Part shown: one piece after another, positions 1 to 7,544 of the stretch | Numbering within the stretch: the stretch's first letter is position 1 | Layout: each line of letters begins with the position of its first letter | Source: a virus | Strand: one strand, 5' to 3' | DNA: 64,000 nt | IMG/VR virus record: IMGVR_UViG_3300045971_000356 | Location: 1 to 64,000 of that record | Program-made: the position numbers and the translations under genes | Notes under the pieces: generated by a model | Told to the model about the DNA's origin: nothing | The model's database searches: none | Seen by the model: the letters and a program-made list of their open reading frames with translations, nothing else

Positions 1-199
1 GCGGTCAATGTACCAACTATTACTACGTATCTCTAACCCGCCGCGGCTAGTATTCACGGGTAAAATGGTTCCGAATGAGGGAGACGGAACGCTTCAAATT
101 CATTTTTCGTCTGTGGTTAAACTCCACAGAGGCTTGATAATCAAGCGACTGCGGTCTGTTGCCCAATACGCAACTCTATTATAGAAACGAGATTCAATT

Positions 200-283
200 T
201 TGTGTTTAGCATATTAAGTAATGCGTCCCCGATATGGTGTAAGAACCTGAAGGTAGATCAAGCGGTGCAATTCCGCAGCACGA
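200..283 (+). ncRNA. tRNA-like RNA with enlarged, non-canonical anticodon region
   Basis: Acceptor-like TTGTGTT/AGCACGA, D-arm-like AGCATATTAAGTAATGC and T-arm GCGGTGCAATTCCGC. No clean 7-nt anticodon loop and no encoded CCA. Confidence 0.35.
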
Positions 284-293
284 ATTCAATTTT

Positions 294-348
294 AGGGTGC
301 CTACAGCAATTAACCTCTTTCAATCAAGAACCAAATGTGCACCCTGTT
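294..348 (+). ncRNA. TACAGCAA-motif structured RNA, copy 1
   Basis: AGGGTGC...GCACCCT stem enclosing TACAGCAA and followed by GTT. Same layout at 3462-3522. Confidence 0.45.
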
Positions 349-353
349 GTTTT

Positions 354-429
354 AGCCTTGTATTCGATCGTAGTCGAAGCCTCTATGACACGGAGGATAT
401 AGTTGGTTAGACTCCAACCTAGGCCACCA
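354..429 (+). tRNA. atypical tRNA-Val(GAC)
   Basis: Anticodon arm CCTCT-ATGACAC-GGAGG, T-arm GTTGG-TTAGACT-CCAAC, 3' ACCA. Imperfect acceptor stem. Confidence 0.55.
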
Positions 430-481
430 GTTTTATTAAGTTTCCAATAAATACATGGTTAGTCCTAACCATCAGGAACTT

Positions 482-1174
482 ATGAAAAAATTGTTAGTTT
501 TGCTTAGTTTATTTTTGGCAACTTCTGCAATAGCAGAGCCAAAAGTGTCAGTCTCACTTGGAAGCACTTTTGCCAATACACAACCTTCAGGTATTTGGTG
601 GCAGCAAGAATACTCAAGTAAGTTTACCCATAATGCTCCCTCATTCACCCTGAGAGTTGATAATAGAATATCAAATGGATGGAGTTATGGAGTGGGTTAT
701 GCTTACGTAGGTAATTTTCATTCAGACTCATTGGCAGTTAGTTCAGATCCTGCTTATGCGAGCGGATCGCCATGGCCACTTTCTCGATGGATTGGGAATC
801 AGAAAGTAGATGGAATATTTTTAGTAGGTCGCAAAACGATTGGAAAATGGTATATTGAAGCAGGTCCCATGCTAACTAAAACTTCATACTCAATGGATGT
901 TCCAGACTGGATCGGATCAAAAGATTGGCCTACTAACCTTGTTCCAGATACAGGTAATACGCGATTTTTACACGTTGGCACACCACGGCAGATGAAGGTA
1001 GAATTAATCGGTGGGGTAGGCTATAATATATCAGATAAATTATCTGTTCAGTTTACAGCATACCCAACTCGTGTATTAAATCCACAGCCAGAGGAGGTTG
1101 GCGAAAGTGCTGACACCGGACCAGGTATCCTTAAAGGTTACTCAGGTAACCTTTCGGTACTGTACACATTTTAG
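482..1174 (+). CDS. outer-membrane beta-barrel protein
   Basis: Signal peptide MKKLLVLLSLFLATSAIA, amphipathic strands (WSYGVGYAYVG, GGVGYNISDKLSVQF) and C-terminal ...LYTF BAM-type signature. Confidence 0.75.
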   Translation: MKKLLVLLSLFLATSAIAEPKVSVSLGSTFANTQPSGIWWQQEYSSKFTHNAPSFTLRVDNRISNGWSYGVGYAYVGNFHSDSLAVSSDPAYASGSPWPLSRWIGNQKVDGIFLVGRKTIGKWYIEAGPMLTKTSYSMDVPDWIGSKDWPTNLVPDTGNTRFLHVGTPRQMKVELIGGVGYNISDKLSVQFTAYPTRVLNPQPEEVGESADTGPGILKGYSGNLSVLYTF

Positions 1175-1266
1175 TCCTGTTAGTTTAGTGGCCCAGAACG
1201 CCATTCGCCACCCTCGGGTGACCGGTTCAAGTGGTAACGTAGGTTCGAATCCTGCACAGGACACCA
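1174..1266 (+). tRNA. tRNA-Glu(TTC)-like gene with ~19-nt insert in the anticodon loop
   Basis: Perfect acceptor GTCCTGT/ACAGGAC-ACCA and canonical T-arm. Anticodon stem GCCAT/GTGGT encloses an extra CACCC-TC-GGGTG hairpin before TTCAA. Confidence 0.6.
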
Positions 1267-1509
1267 AAGAATGCACAGCATCGCTTTATGCTGTGGCGGG
1301 ACGGCTTAAACTTCCGCGGAAGTGCTACGAAGTAGGACTAAGGTCGCCTCTCAAACCGCAATTAGAGTTCTCCGCAAGAGAACATAGCAACAGAATTTCA
1401 TCGCGTTAGACTTTTTAAAGATAAAAAGTCAAAATTTGAAAAAACATTTTGTTCTAGAGCTTGTTCGCTTAAAGGCAACAGAAAAGTTTCAGGACATAAT
1501 CAGTATTTA

Positions 1510-1585
1510 GCCCTGGTGACGGAACGGCATACGTGTTGGTCTTAGAAACCAAATTCTGGGAGTTCGAGTCTCCCCCGGGGCACCA
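1510..1585 (+). tRNA. tRNA-Leu(TAG)
   Basis: Cloverleaf, TTGGT-CTTAGAA-ACCAA, CCA, short variable region. Confidence 0.85.
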
Positions 1586-1590
1586 AATAT

Positions 1591-1693
1591 GGCGTGTGAG
1601 GTACGCGGGACGTCAAAGCGTATTTCTTAGTACATAGACAAAATATTGCGGCCGCGGTATGCGACTAGTATTAAGTTAACTCCAACGCCGCCA
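1591..1693 (+). ncRNA. CCA-terminated RNA of unknown class
   Basis: 5' GGCGT pairs with 3' ACGCC followed by G-CCA. The interior is not a cloverleaf. Confidence 0.35.
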
Positions 1694-1700
1694 ACTTTAT

Positions 1701-1792
1701 GGATAGTAATGCAGCGGGGTTGGTCCTGCGACGAGCCTTGAAAACTCGGTTCTTAGAAATAGGATGGGGTTCGACTCCTCTGCTATCCGCCA
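1701..1792 (+). tRNA. tRNA-Ser(TGA)
   Basis: GGATAGT/GCTATCC-GCCA, loop CTTGAAA, long variable arm. Confidence 0.85.
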
Positions 1793-1798
1793 ATTTTT

Positions 1799-1890
1799 GG
1801 AAGATGAAGACCAGACGGTTCTGGCACTTGTTTGGAAAACATGGGGGCGTCAAGAAGTCGCCCGGGGCTCAACTCCTCCTTCTTCCGCCA
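1799..1890 (+). tRNA. tRNA-Ser(GGA)
   Basis: GGAAGA/TCTTCC-GCCA, loop TTGGAAA, long variable arm. Confidence 0.8.
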
Positions 1891-1895
1891 AACAC

Positions 1896-1978
1896 GCAGA
1901 ATGTGTATAAACTACCCGTAAGGGTTTCTGGTAAGTGTGTCAGTTCGCCGGACACTACACTAACAAAATTCTGCGCCA
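1896..1978 (+). ncRNA. CCA-terminated RNA of unknown class
   Basis: Perfect 7-bp stem GCAGAAT/ATTCTGC plus G-CCA. No T-loop consensus inside. Confidence 0.4.
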
Positions 1979-2077
1979 ATTTAAGCAGAGCCTGACTGAA
2001 ACGGGCATCGAGTACGTGGAACGTGGAAGAAGGTTCGATTCCTTCATACTCAATTTCAGTCTGCTTATTAATTTTAT

Positions 2078-2152
2078 GGGTCTAGAACCAGTCAGCATGG
2101 GTGCCGCACTGCAAACGCGGATAACACGGGGCAGCACCGTGTAGGCCTTCCA
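2078..2152 (+). tRNA. tRNA-Cys(GCA)
   Basis: CCGCA-CTGCAAA-CGCGG, U73 discriminator plus CCA, non-canonical T-loop. Confidence 0.75.
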
Positions 2153-2160
2153 ATTTATTT

Positions 2161-2172
2161 CGGTGTATAGCG
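2161..2172 (+). pseudogene. 5' remnant of a tRNA-Pro
   Basis: CGGTGTATAGCG resembles a typical tRNA-Pro 5' end and stops just upstream of the HNH cassette. Only 12 nt. Confidence 0.4.
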
Positions 2173-2221
2173 ATGCTGATTTGGAAAAACTCGAATTAGT
2201 GTCGCTAGGATAAATAATAGT

Positions 2222-2701
2222 ATGGAAATCAAAATCATCAGCCCAGGATTAGCAGCAATGAATCAAAAAATTTGTTGCCGTTTTTGCAATAAAGAAACTA
2301 CAAAAGGAAATATAGCACGGCACGAAGAAGCATGCTATATCAATCCGGCAGTGAAAGTAGAATGTAAAGTGTGTGGTGAACCAATTAAGGATTACAAACA
2401 CTCAAAGGGCACTTGCTCTTATTCATGCTCTAATAAATTATTTCGTTCAGGATACGATAACGGTAACTGGAAAGGTGACAATTATCGTAACATAGCAAAA
2501 ATACATCATAATATGAGCTGTGTAGTATGTGGGGAAGGTAAAATTGTAGCAATACATCATTATGATGAAAATCATAACAATAATTCCCCAGACAATCTAA
2601 TTCCTTTATGTCCGACACATCATCAATATGTGCATAGTAGATTTAAAGAATTAGTAATAGACAAGATTAATACGTATCAACGTAATCTCCGATTCGCCTA
2701 G
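2222..2701 (+). CDS. HNH homing endonuclease with Zn fingers
   Basis: CVVCG...IHHYDENHNNNSPDNLIPLCPTHH. ATAAATA late promoter upstream. The 3' end overlaps tRNA-Pro. Confidence 0.85.
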   Translation: MEIKIISPGLAAMNQKICCRFCNKETTKGNIARHEEACYINPAVKVECKVCGEPIKDYKHSKGTCSYSCSNKLFRSGYDNGNWKGDNYRNIAKIHHNMSCVVCGEGKIVAIHHYDENHNNNSPDNLIPLCPTHHQYVHSRFKELVIDKINTYQRNLRFA

Positions 2702-2764
2702 CCTGGTATGGCACTTCGTTTGGGACGAAGAATAACGGGAGTTCAAATCTCTCATCGGAGACCA
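2687..2764 (+). tRNA. tRNA-Pro(TGG)
   Basis: CTCCGAT/ATCGGAG-ACCA, CTTCG-TTTGGGA-CGAAG. Confidence 0.9.
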
Positions 2765-2769
2765 ATTTT

Positions 2770-2846
2770 CTGTGTGTGGTGACAAGTGGACGTCGACCTG
2801 TTTTGGAAGCAGGAATATGCCGGTTCGAGGCCGGCCACACAGACCA
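2770..2846 (+). tRNA. tRNA-Pro(TGG), second divergent copy
   Basis: CTGTGTG/CACACAG-ACCA, CCTGT-TTTGGAA-GCAGG. Confidence 0.75.
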
Positions 2847-2850
2847 ACTT

Positions 2851-3444
2851 TTAGGATCGACACAAGTTTTTAAGTGTCAATGACCTCCAGTTTTCTAAAG
2901 CATGGAGTGGAAAATTACTTGCTGGTATCAGTGTAAACTCACTGAGATGTTGTATGAATATGGCAGGGGGCTGAAACATTAATTCTTGCCAACTAACAGA
3001 CAACAGCTGATGAGAGCTTTTTTGTGGTTTAAAATAAATATTATCAAATTCAATATCGGTAAATTTTTTGCCGTGCCCCTCGTCAATCGACCACTTACAA
3101 TAAAAAATTTGTCTTAACTTATCATAATCGTCGGCAGTGAATGTTATTTCAATGACTTTGCTAAAATACGTAGACAGTAACTGACAATCTGTCATATGAC
3201 ACGGAATATATTGCGTAATTTCTAATACTGGGTTTTCGAGTAATTTACTAATATGAATATTTGGTGCATAACCCACTCCAAGTACACTACCTTTATACCG
3301 ATCTTGTGGGAGGTAACATGCACTACCGCGTTTAGTGAACATTTTGAGCGGACATTGCTCTCTTGCAGCATATAAAAATGCTCCTAAGAACCGTCCACCA
3401 GTACCGCCCATGAAGCGAATAGGTATAATGTCAGATCGTATCAT
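2851..3444 (-). CDS. sulfotransferase/P-loop-like protein
   Basis: N-terminal FMGGTGGRFL loop and TAAATA promoter upstream. Confidence 0.45.
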   Translation of the reverse strand: MIRSDIIPIRFMGGTGGRFLGAFLYAAREQCPLKMFTKRGSACYLPQDRYKGSVLGVGYAPNIHISKLLENPVLEITQYIPCHMTDCQLLSTYFSKVIEITFTADDYDKLRQIFYCKWSIDEGHGKKFTDIEFDNIYFKPQKSSHQLLSVSWQELMFQPPAIFIQHLSEFTLIPASNFPLHALENWRSLTLKNLCRS

Positions 3445-3461
3445 AATGAGTATTTAGTTTT

Positions 3462-3522
3462 AGGATAGTTACAGCAACTCAAAAGCTAACTATGGTTGTC
3501 TAGCGACAAAAGCTATCCTGTT
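3462..3522 (+). ncRNA. TACAGCAA-motif structured RNA, copy 2
   Basis: AGGATAG...CTATCCT stem, TACAGCAA and trailing GTT. The stem covaries with copy 1. Confidence 0.45.
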
Positions 3523-3530
3523 ATATTTTA

Positions 3531-3566
3531 CTGCCTATAGCTCAATGGATAGTGCAGTAGCCTTCG
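3531..3566 (+). pseudogene. 5' half of interrupted tRNA-Arg(TCG)
   Basis: CTGCCTA TAGCTCAATGGATAGTGCA GTAGC CT TCG, then unrelated sequence. The matching 3' end is at 4282-4304. Confidence 0.8.
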
Positions 3567-3587
3567 ATATTGCATAAATAGATATAT

Positions 3588-3664
3588 GCGCCCGTAGCTC
3601 AACTGGATAGAGTACTCGGCTTCTACCCGAACTGTTGGGGGTTCAAGTCCCTCCGGGCGCACCA
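3588..3664 (+). tRNA. tRNA-Arg(TCT)
   Basis: GCGCCCG/CGGGCGC-ACCA, loop CTTCTAC. Confidence 0.9.
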
Positions 3665-3679
3665 ACAATAAGGTGTTTT

Positions 3680-4435
3680 ATGTTTACGTGCAAACATTGT
3701 AAAAAAGAATTTCTGGGATTATCTACAGCTAATAAAGCTAACCATTCAAGGTGGTGTTCAGAAAATCCTAAACGAGCTAGTTATACTGCACCACCAGAGT
3801 TAAACTCCCCTGAGGCAATTCAAAAACGAAACATTAGCATTAAAAAAGCCTGGGCTGATGGTAAGTATGACAACATTCTTAACAAAGGAAATCATGGTTA
3901 CAGACATACTGCGCAGTCTAAAGAAGCTATCAGTAAAAAAGCATTAGCATCTAAACATAGAAGGTTGGTAAGATCTGTCAGGGAATATACAACACGTGAC
4001 GGCACTAAAATTATGCTTGATTCATCTTGGGAAGAAGCATTGGCAATTAGATTAGATGAATTAAACATAAACTGGATAAGACCAGATATCCCAATTCCGT
4101 ATATTACTGCTGATGGTAAGACACATAATTATTTTCCGGACTTTTATTTGCCGGACTTTGATTTATATCTTGATCCAAAAAACCCAGCAGCAATAAATGC
4201 TCAGGCAGAAAAGTTATCTATTATTACAAAAATTATGCCAAACTTAGTGATAATAGGCAGTTTATTAGAATGCAATAACTATTCGATTCCTGGTGGGCGG
4301 ACCAAAGAATTTAAGAACAATAATAAGAATAATAAATACACATATTGCGTGGTTAGGTTAATGGTAAACTCAGACGTTGCCAACGTTTATACAGGGGTTC
4401 GATTCCCCTACCCCGCACCAAATTTTAGCTCTTGA
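3680..4435 (+). CDS. TnsA-like PD-(D/E)xK homing endonuclease with NUMOD3-like motif
   Basis: DSSWEEALAIRLD...IPY...HNYFPDFYLPDFDLYLDPK. The frame reads through a tRNA 3' remnant and tRNA-Gly. Confidence 0.8.
   Translation: MFTCKHCKKEFLGLSTANKANHSRWCSENPKRASYTAPPELNSPEAIQKRNISIKKAWADGKYDNILNKGNHGYRHTAQSKEAISKKALASKHRRLVRSVREYTTRDGTKIMLDSSWEEALAIRLDELNINWIRPDIPIPYITADGKTHNYFPDFYLPDFDLYLDPKNPAAINAQAEKLSIITKIMPNLVIIGSLLECNNYSIPGGRTKEFKNNNKNNKYTYCVVRLMVNSDVANVYTGVRFPYPAPNFSS
4282..4304 (+). pseudogene. 3' remnant of interrupted tRNA-Arg(TCG)
   Basis: TTCGATTCCTGG TGGGCGG ACCA. TGGGCGG pairs with CTGCCTA at 3531. Confidence 0.75.
4347..4420 (+). tRNA. tRNA-Gly(GCC)
   Basis: AGACG-TTGCCAA-CGTTT, T-arm, CCA. 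Confidence 0.85.
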
Positions 4436-4502
4436 AGCATTGACAGCGATGCACGGGTCTTGTAAGCCTGAGAGTGGAGTGCAAGTCTTCACAGGAGCAC
4501 CA
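4428..4502 (+). tRNA. tRNA-Thr(TGT)
   Basis: CGGGT-CTTGTAA-GCCTG, CCA. Confidence 0.8.
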
Positions 4503-4510
4503 ATACATAT

Positions 4511-4584
4511 AGCGGGTAGTGAAGCCAACAATCCAGTCTCATAAGCTCGGATCAACGGAGGTGCGAATCCTTCACCCGCTTCCA
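4511..4584 (+). tRNA. atypical tRNA-Met/Ile(CAT)
   Basis: AGCGGGT/ACCCGCT-TCCA, loop CTCATAA, weak D-arm. Confidence 0.6.
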
Positions 4585-4610
4585 GTTTTTAAACTAAGAA
4601 AGGAAATAGC

Positions 4611-5168
4611 GTGAACAAGTATCCACTCGTTTTAACGCTCGACTCAGCTGGTATACCACAACGTTGGTCTACTTGGGAAGAAGGCGTTTGTTACAAAGTA
4701 AAAGATTTGATTGCATGGTCTATCGGAGACGAAACCATCTACCGCGGAGGCAACTCACGGTTAACTGGCTTGCAATCAACTGTGTCAGTACCATCCATCG
4801 TGGCTATACGCTCAATGGGTCGCACAAAGAACCGTTCTGTGCCACTTACAAACAGGAACCTGTTTGGTCGTGACCGTAACCTTTGCTGCTACTGCGGTAC
4901 ACACATAAAGGACCATGACGCGACCCGTGATCACATTCAACCTGTGTCAAAGGGCGGAGCAAACACTTGGATGAATTGCGTTACCAGTTGTAAAAGTTGC
5001 AATAACTATAAAGACAACAAAACCTTACAACAAGCTGGTTTAGAATTGTTATATTTGCCATATATACCAAATAGGGCCGAAGCATTGATTATGTCAAATC
5101 GAAAGATTTTGGCAGATCAGATGGAATTTCTTGCAGCTCATTTGCCGGCACATAGTCGTCTAGTTTAA
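4611..5168 (+). CDS. HNH endonuclease
   Basis: RDRNLCCYCG...TRDHIQPVSKGG..TWMNCVTSCKSCNNYK. Confidence 0.9.
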   Translation: MNKYPLVLTLDSAGIPQRWSTWEEGVCYKVKDLIAWSIGDETIYRGGNSRLTGLQSTVSVPSIVAIRSMGRTKNRSVPLTNRNLFGRDRNLCCYCGTHIKDHDATRDHIQPVSKGGANTWMNCVTSCKSCNNYKDNKTLQQAGLELLYLPYIPNRAEALIMSNRKILADQMEFLAAHLPAHSRLV

Positions 5169-5937
5169 GACACTTTCCGTCTTTGTGTTTTCTAACATAC
5201 CAAGAGAATATGGTTTGTTTACTACAAAATTCGCATGTCACTGGCATGTTTGCTTTGTTAGATGAGCCATATTTTTCTAAATTTGTAGATTTAGTTTTAT
5301 CCCAATTGTTATAAGTTGTGGTACCATATTTTTCAAGTTTTGTCTGTGACGCTTGATTTGAGTTCACAAAAGTTTCTGAACCATATTTTTCAAGTTTTGT
5401 AGATTTAGTTTGAGTTGGATTACAATATCCAGCAACACCATATTTCTCAGTTTTAGTTTTTGCAATTTTTGCTTTAACTAATGGATTTCTAGAACCATTG
5501 TTTATAGACTGTTTCAGTTTAGTTTCGGCAGATGATTTTCTGCCGGTGTTAATTAGAATATTCGACTCGCGAGCAGCAGCTTTCATTATTGCAAATTGTC
5601 TTGAATTTGGATTTCTTTGTTGAAATTTAGTCTTTTGATAAAACGCGGTAATTGCTTTAAGCATTTGACTTTTCATACGTTTATTAGAAAACATTTTAGA
5701 TAAAAGTCTATGAGCAATAAAGTGTTCTCTGAAAGTAAACCTAATCACATTGCTCATGTCACGTTCGCCACCTAGTTTAAAACTTTTTGGCAGCATGTGA
5801 TGTTTTTCTGTGTATTCGGTTTGTGTGATTCTAGTGAGTCTAGATTCGCAAAGTTGCACATAAATATATGCATATTTTGATTTATTACTCAGTTCTAAAA
5901 TTTGAGATAGGTATTGGTTCATAATTGCTCCATACAT
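5089..5937 (-). CDS. HNH homing endonuclease with NUMOD-type repeats
   Basis: EKHHMLPKS...REHFIAHRLL and repeated T.LEKYG units. Confidence 0.85.
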   Translation of the reverse strand: MYGAIMNQYLSQILELSNKSKYAYIYVQLCESRLTRITQTEYTEKHHMLPKSFKLGGERDMSNVIRFTFREHFIAHRLLSKMFSNKRMKSQMLKAITAFYQKTKFQQRNPNSRQFAIMKAAARESNILINTGRKSSAETKLKQSINNGSRNPLVKAKIAKTKTEKYGVAGYCNPTQTKSTKLEKYGSETFVNSNQASQTKLEKYGTTTYNNWDKTKSTNLEKYGSSNKANMPVTCEFCSKQTIFSWYVRKHKDGKCLKLDDYVPANELQEIPSDLPKSFDLT

Positions 5938-5981
5938 TATTTATCCTTTTAATGGTGTGACTGCATGTAAAATAAAACAAT

Positions 5982-6055
5982 GCTCTTTTAGGTCAGTGAT
6001 AGACCAACTGTTTCGTAAGCAGTGAACGTGAGTTTGATTCTCACAGAGAGCACCA
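5982..6055 (+). tRNA. tRNA-Thr(CGT)
   Basis: ACTGT-TTCGTAA-GCAGT, CCA. Confidence 0.85.
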
Positions 6056-6062
6056 AAATTTT

Positions 6063-6154
6063 AGTGAGTTGGATGAGAGGTTTAAATCGGCACCCTGCTA
6101 AGGTGTTGTTCGTAGAAATACGGGCCGTGGGTTCAAATCCCACACTCACTGCCA
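6063..6154 (+). tRNA. tRNA-Ser(GCT)
   Basis: AGTGAGT/ACTCACT-GCCA, loop CTGCTAA, long variable arm. Confidence 0.9.
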
Positions 6155-6162
6155 GAATTTAT

Positions 6163-6238
6163 TGGGGGTTTGTCATTTGGTAATGACACTGCGCTTTGAC
6201 CGCAGGAAAGTCGGGTCCGATTCCCACACCCTCTGCCA
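6163..6238 (+). tRNA. tRNA-Gln(TTG)
   Basis: CTGCG-CTTTGAC-CGCAG, GCCA end. Confidence 0.8.
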
Positions 6239-6245
6239 AACAAAT

Positions 6246-6324
6246 GCGTCGGTCTTCTAATTGGCAAGATCTCAGACTCCAAATCTGAATGTTAATGAAG
6301 GTTCGAATCCTTCTCGGCGCGCCA
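6246..6324 (+). tRNA. tRNA-Trp(CCA)
   Basis: TCAGA-CTCCAAA-TCTGA, GCCA end. Confidence 0.85.
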
Positions 6325-6332
6325 AACAATAT

Positions 6333-6365
6333 TACTCAGTAGTTCAATTGGCAGAATAGCGGTCT
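6333..6365 (+). pseudogene. 5' half of interrupted tRNA-Trp
   Basis: TACTCAGTAGTTCAATTGGCAGAATAGCGGTCT stops at loop position 33 and is followed directly by TGTATAAATA. Confidence 0.75.
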
Positions 6366-6391
6366 TGTATAAATAAGTGTAAGGGACAAAT

Positions 6392-7009
6392 ATGCACTAC
6401 TTAATATACAGAATAACTAATCTAATCGACAATAAAATATACGTTGGAGCACATCAAACGAAAGATATTACTGATGGGTATATGGGTTCAGGAAAGCACT
6501 TGCGATATGCCATTAAAAAATATGGTGTTGAAAATTTTAAAAAAGATATATTGTTTGATTTTGACAACAAACAAGATATGTTTAATTCTGAGATAAGCAT
6601 TGTAAATGAAGATTTTGTTAAACGTCTCGACACGTATAATTTAAAAGTTGGAGGATCAGGTGGGAATCCAGGAATAATAGGGGCATTCACAGGAAAGAAA
6701 CATTCAGCTGAATCTAAGGAAAAGCAACGGCAAGCCTCGTTGTTACAGGTTACTACGGATGCAAAACGAATGAAAATATCAACACATAACGGCATGAAAA
6801 ATTCTGCAGAGGCTAGAAAGAAAGTTTCAGAGGCGTTAACTGGAAGAATATGTTCAGACGCACACAGAGCAAATGTTGCTAACGCGAATTTAGGAAAGAT
6901 TGTAGTAAATAACGGTCTAGTAAGTAAGAGAATTGTAAAAGAAGAAGAAACAAAATATCTTGAATCCGGATGGGTTAGAGGTATGTTAACAAAGAAAATG
7001 TATCGGTAG
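6392..7009 (+). CDS. GIY-YIG (Seg-like) homing endonuclease with NUMOD3
   Basis: [18 protein letters not shown]...GYMGSG...[12 protein letters not shown] and [11 protein letters not shown]. Confidence 0.9.
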   Translation: MHYLIYRITNLIDNKIYVGAHQTKDITDGYMGSGKHLRYAIKKYGVENFKKDILFDFDNKQDMFNSEISIVNEDFVKRLDTYNLKVGGSGGNPGIIGAFTGKKHSAESKEKQRQASLLQVTTDAKRMKISTHNGMKNSAEARKKVSEALTGRICSDAHRANVANANLGKIVVNNGLVSKRIVKEEETKYLESGWVRGMLTKKMYR

Positions 7010-7075
7010 CTCAATTGGCAGAGTGCTCGCCTCCAAAGCGAGAAGTTGAGGGTTCGACTCCTTCCCGGTACGCCA
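7000..7075 (+). tRNA. tRNA-Trp(CCA) overlapping the endonuclease stop codon
   Basis: GTATCGG/CCGGTAC-GCCA, CTCGC-CTCCAAA-GCGAG. Confidence 0.9.
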
Positions 7076-7089
7076 AAGACAATTTTGGT

Positions 7090-7164
7090 GTGGCTGTCGC
7101 CAAGTGGTAAGGCCCGAGGTTGTGATTCTCGTATGCGTGGGTTCGATCCCCACCAGTCACCCCA
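7090..7164 (+). tRNA. tRNA-His(GTG)
   Basis: CGAGG-TTGTGAT-TCTCG, C73-CCA. Confidence 0.9.
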
Positions 7165-7176
7165 AAATTGTTTTAA

Positions 7177-7253
7177 GCGCATGTAGACAAATTGGTAAAG
7201 TCAGCGGTCTTAGAAGCCGTTATCTGAGAGTTCGAGTCTCTCCTTGCGCACCA
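7177..7253 (+). tRNA. tRNA-Leu(TAG)
   Basis: GCGGT-CTTAGAA-GCCGT, short variable region. Confidence 0.85.
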
Positions 7254-7333
7254 AGAATTTACCGGGAGCAACTAATCATTGCCGCTATATGTCCATACCC
7301 TGTGGGTATAGTGCTTCCCGGTAAAACTAATTC

Positions 7334-7408
7334 ATCTCTGTAGTACAACGGATAGTACATAAGTTTGCGGAACTTAGGACGAAGGTTCGACTCCTTCCAG
7401 AGGTACCA
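7334..7408 (+). tRNA. tRNA-Arg(GCG)
   Basis: TAAGT-TTGCGGA-ACTTA, canonical T-arm, CCA. Confidence 0.85.
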
Positions 7409-7544
7409 ATATAAAATAGTATTATAACTGTACGAGAAGGATAAATATTATTAAGAGCTTCGAGCCGTGCCGTAATCGACATTACCCGGAACCCTGTTTT
7501 ACACAGCCGCCATTGGTAGCACTAACAGAAAAGGAGATCTTAAA

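Noticed and set aside
1-190. Structured RNA at the window start, and GC-rich segments at 1270-1400 and 1982-2053
   Set aside because: Hairpins and one T-loop are present, but no family or boundaries can be supported.
4611-5168. IscB/Cas9-like RNA-guided nuclease
   Set aside because: Only a 185-aa HNH, with no RuvC or PLMP motifs.
6454-7182. 242-aa minus-strand ORF and similar ORFs over tRNAs (1098, 1699, 7104, 9507)
   Set aside because: These are shadow frames of real genes and tRNAs.
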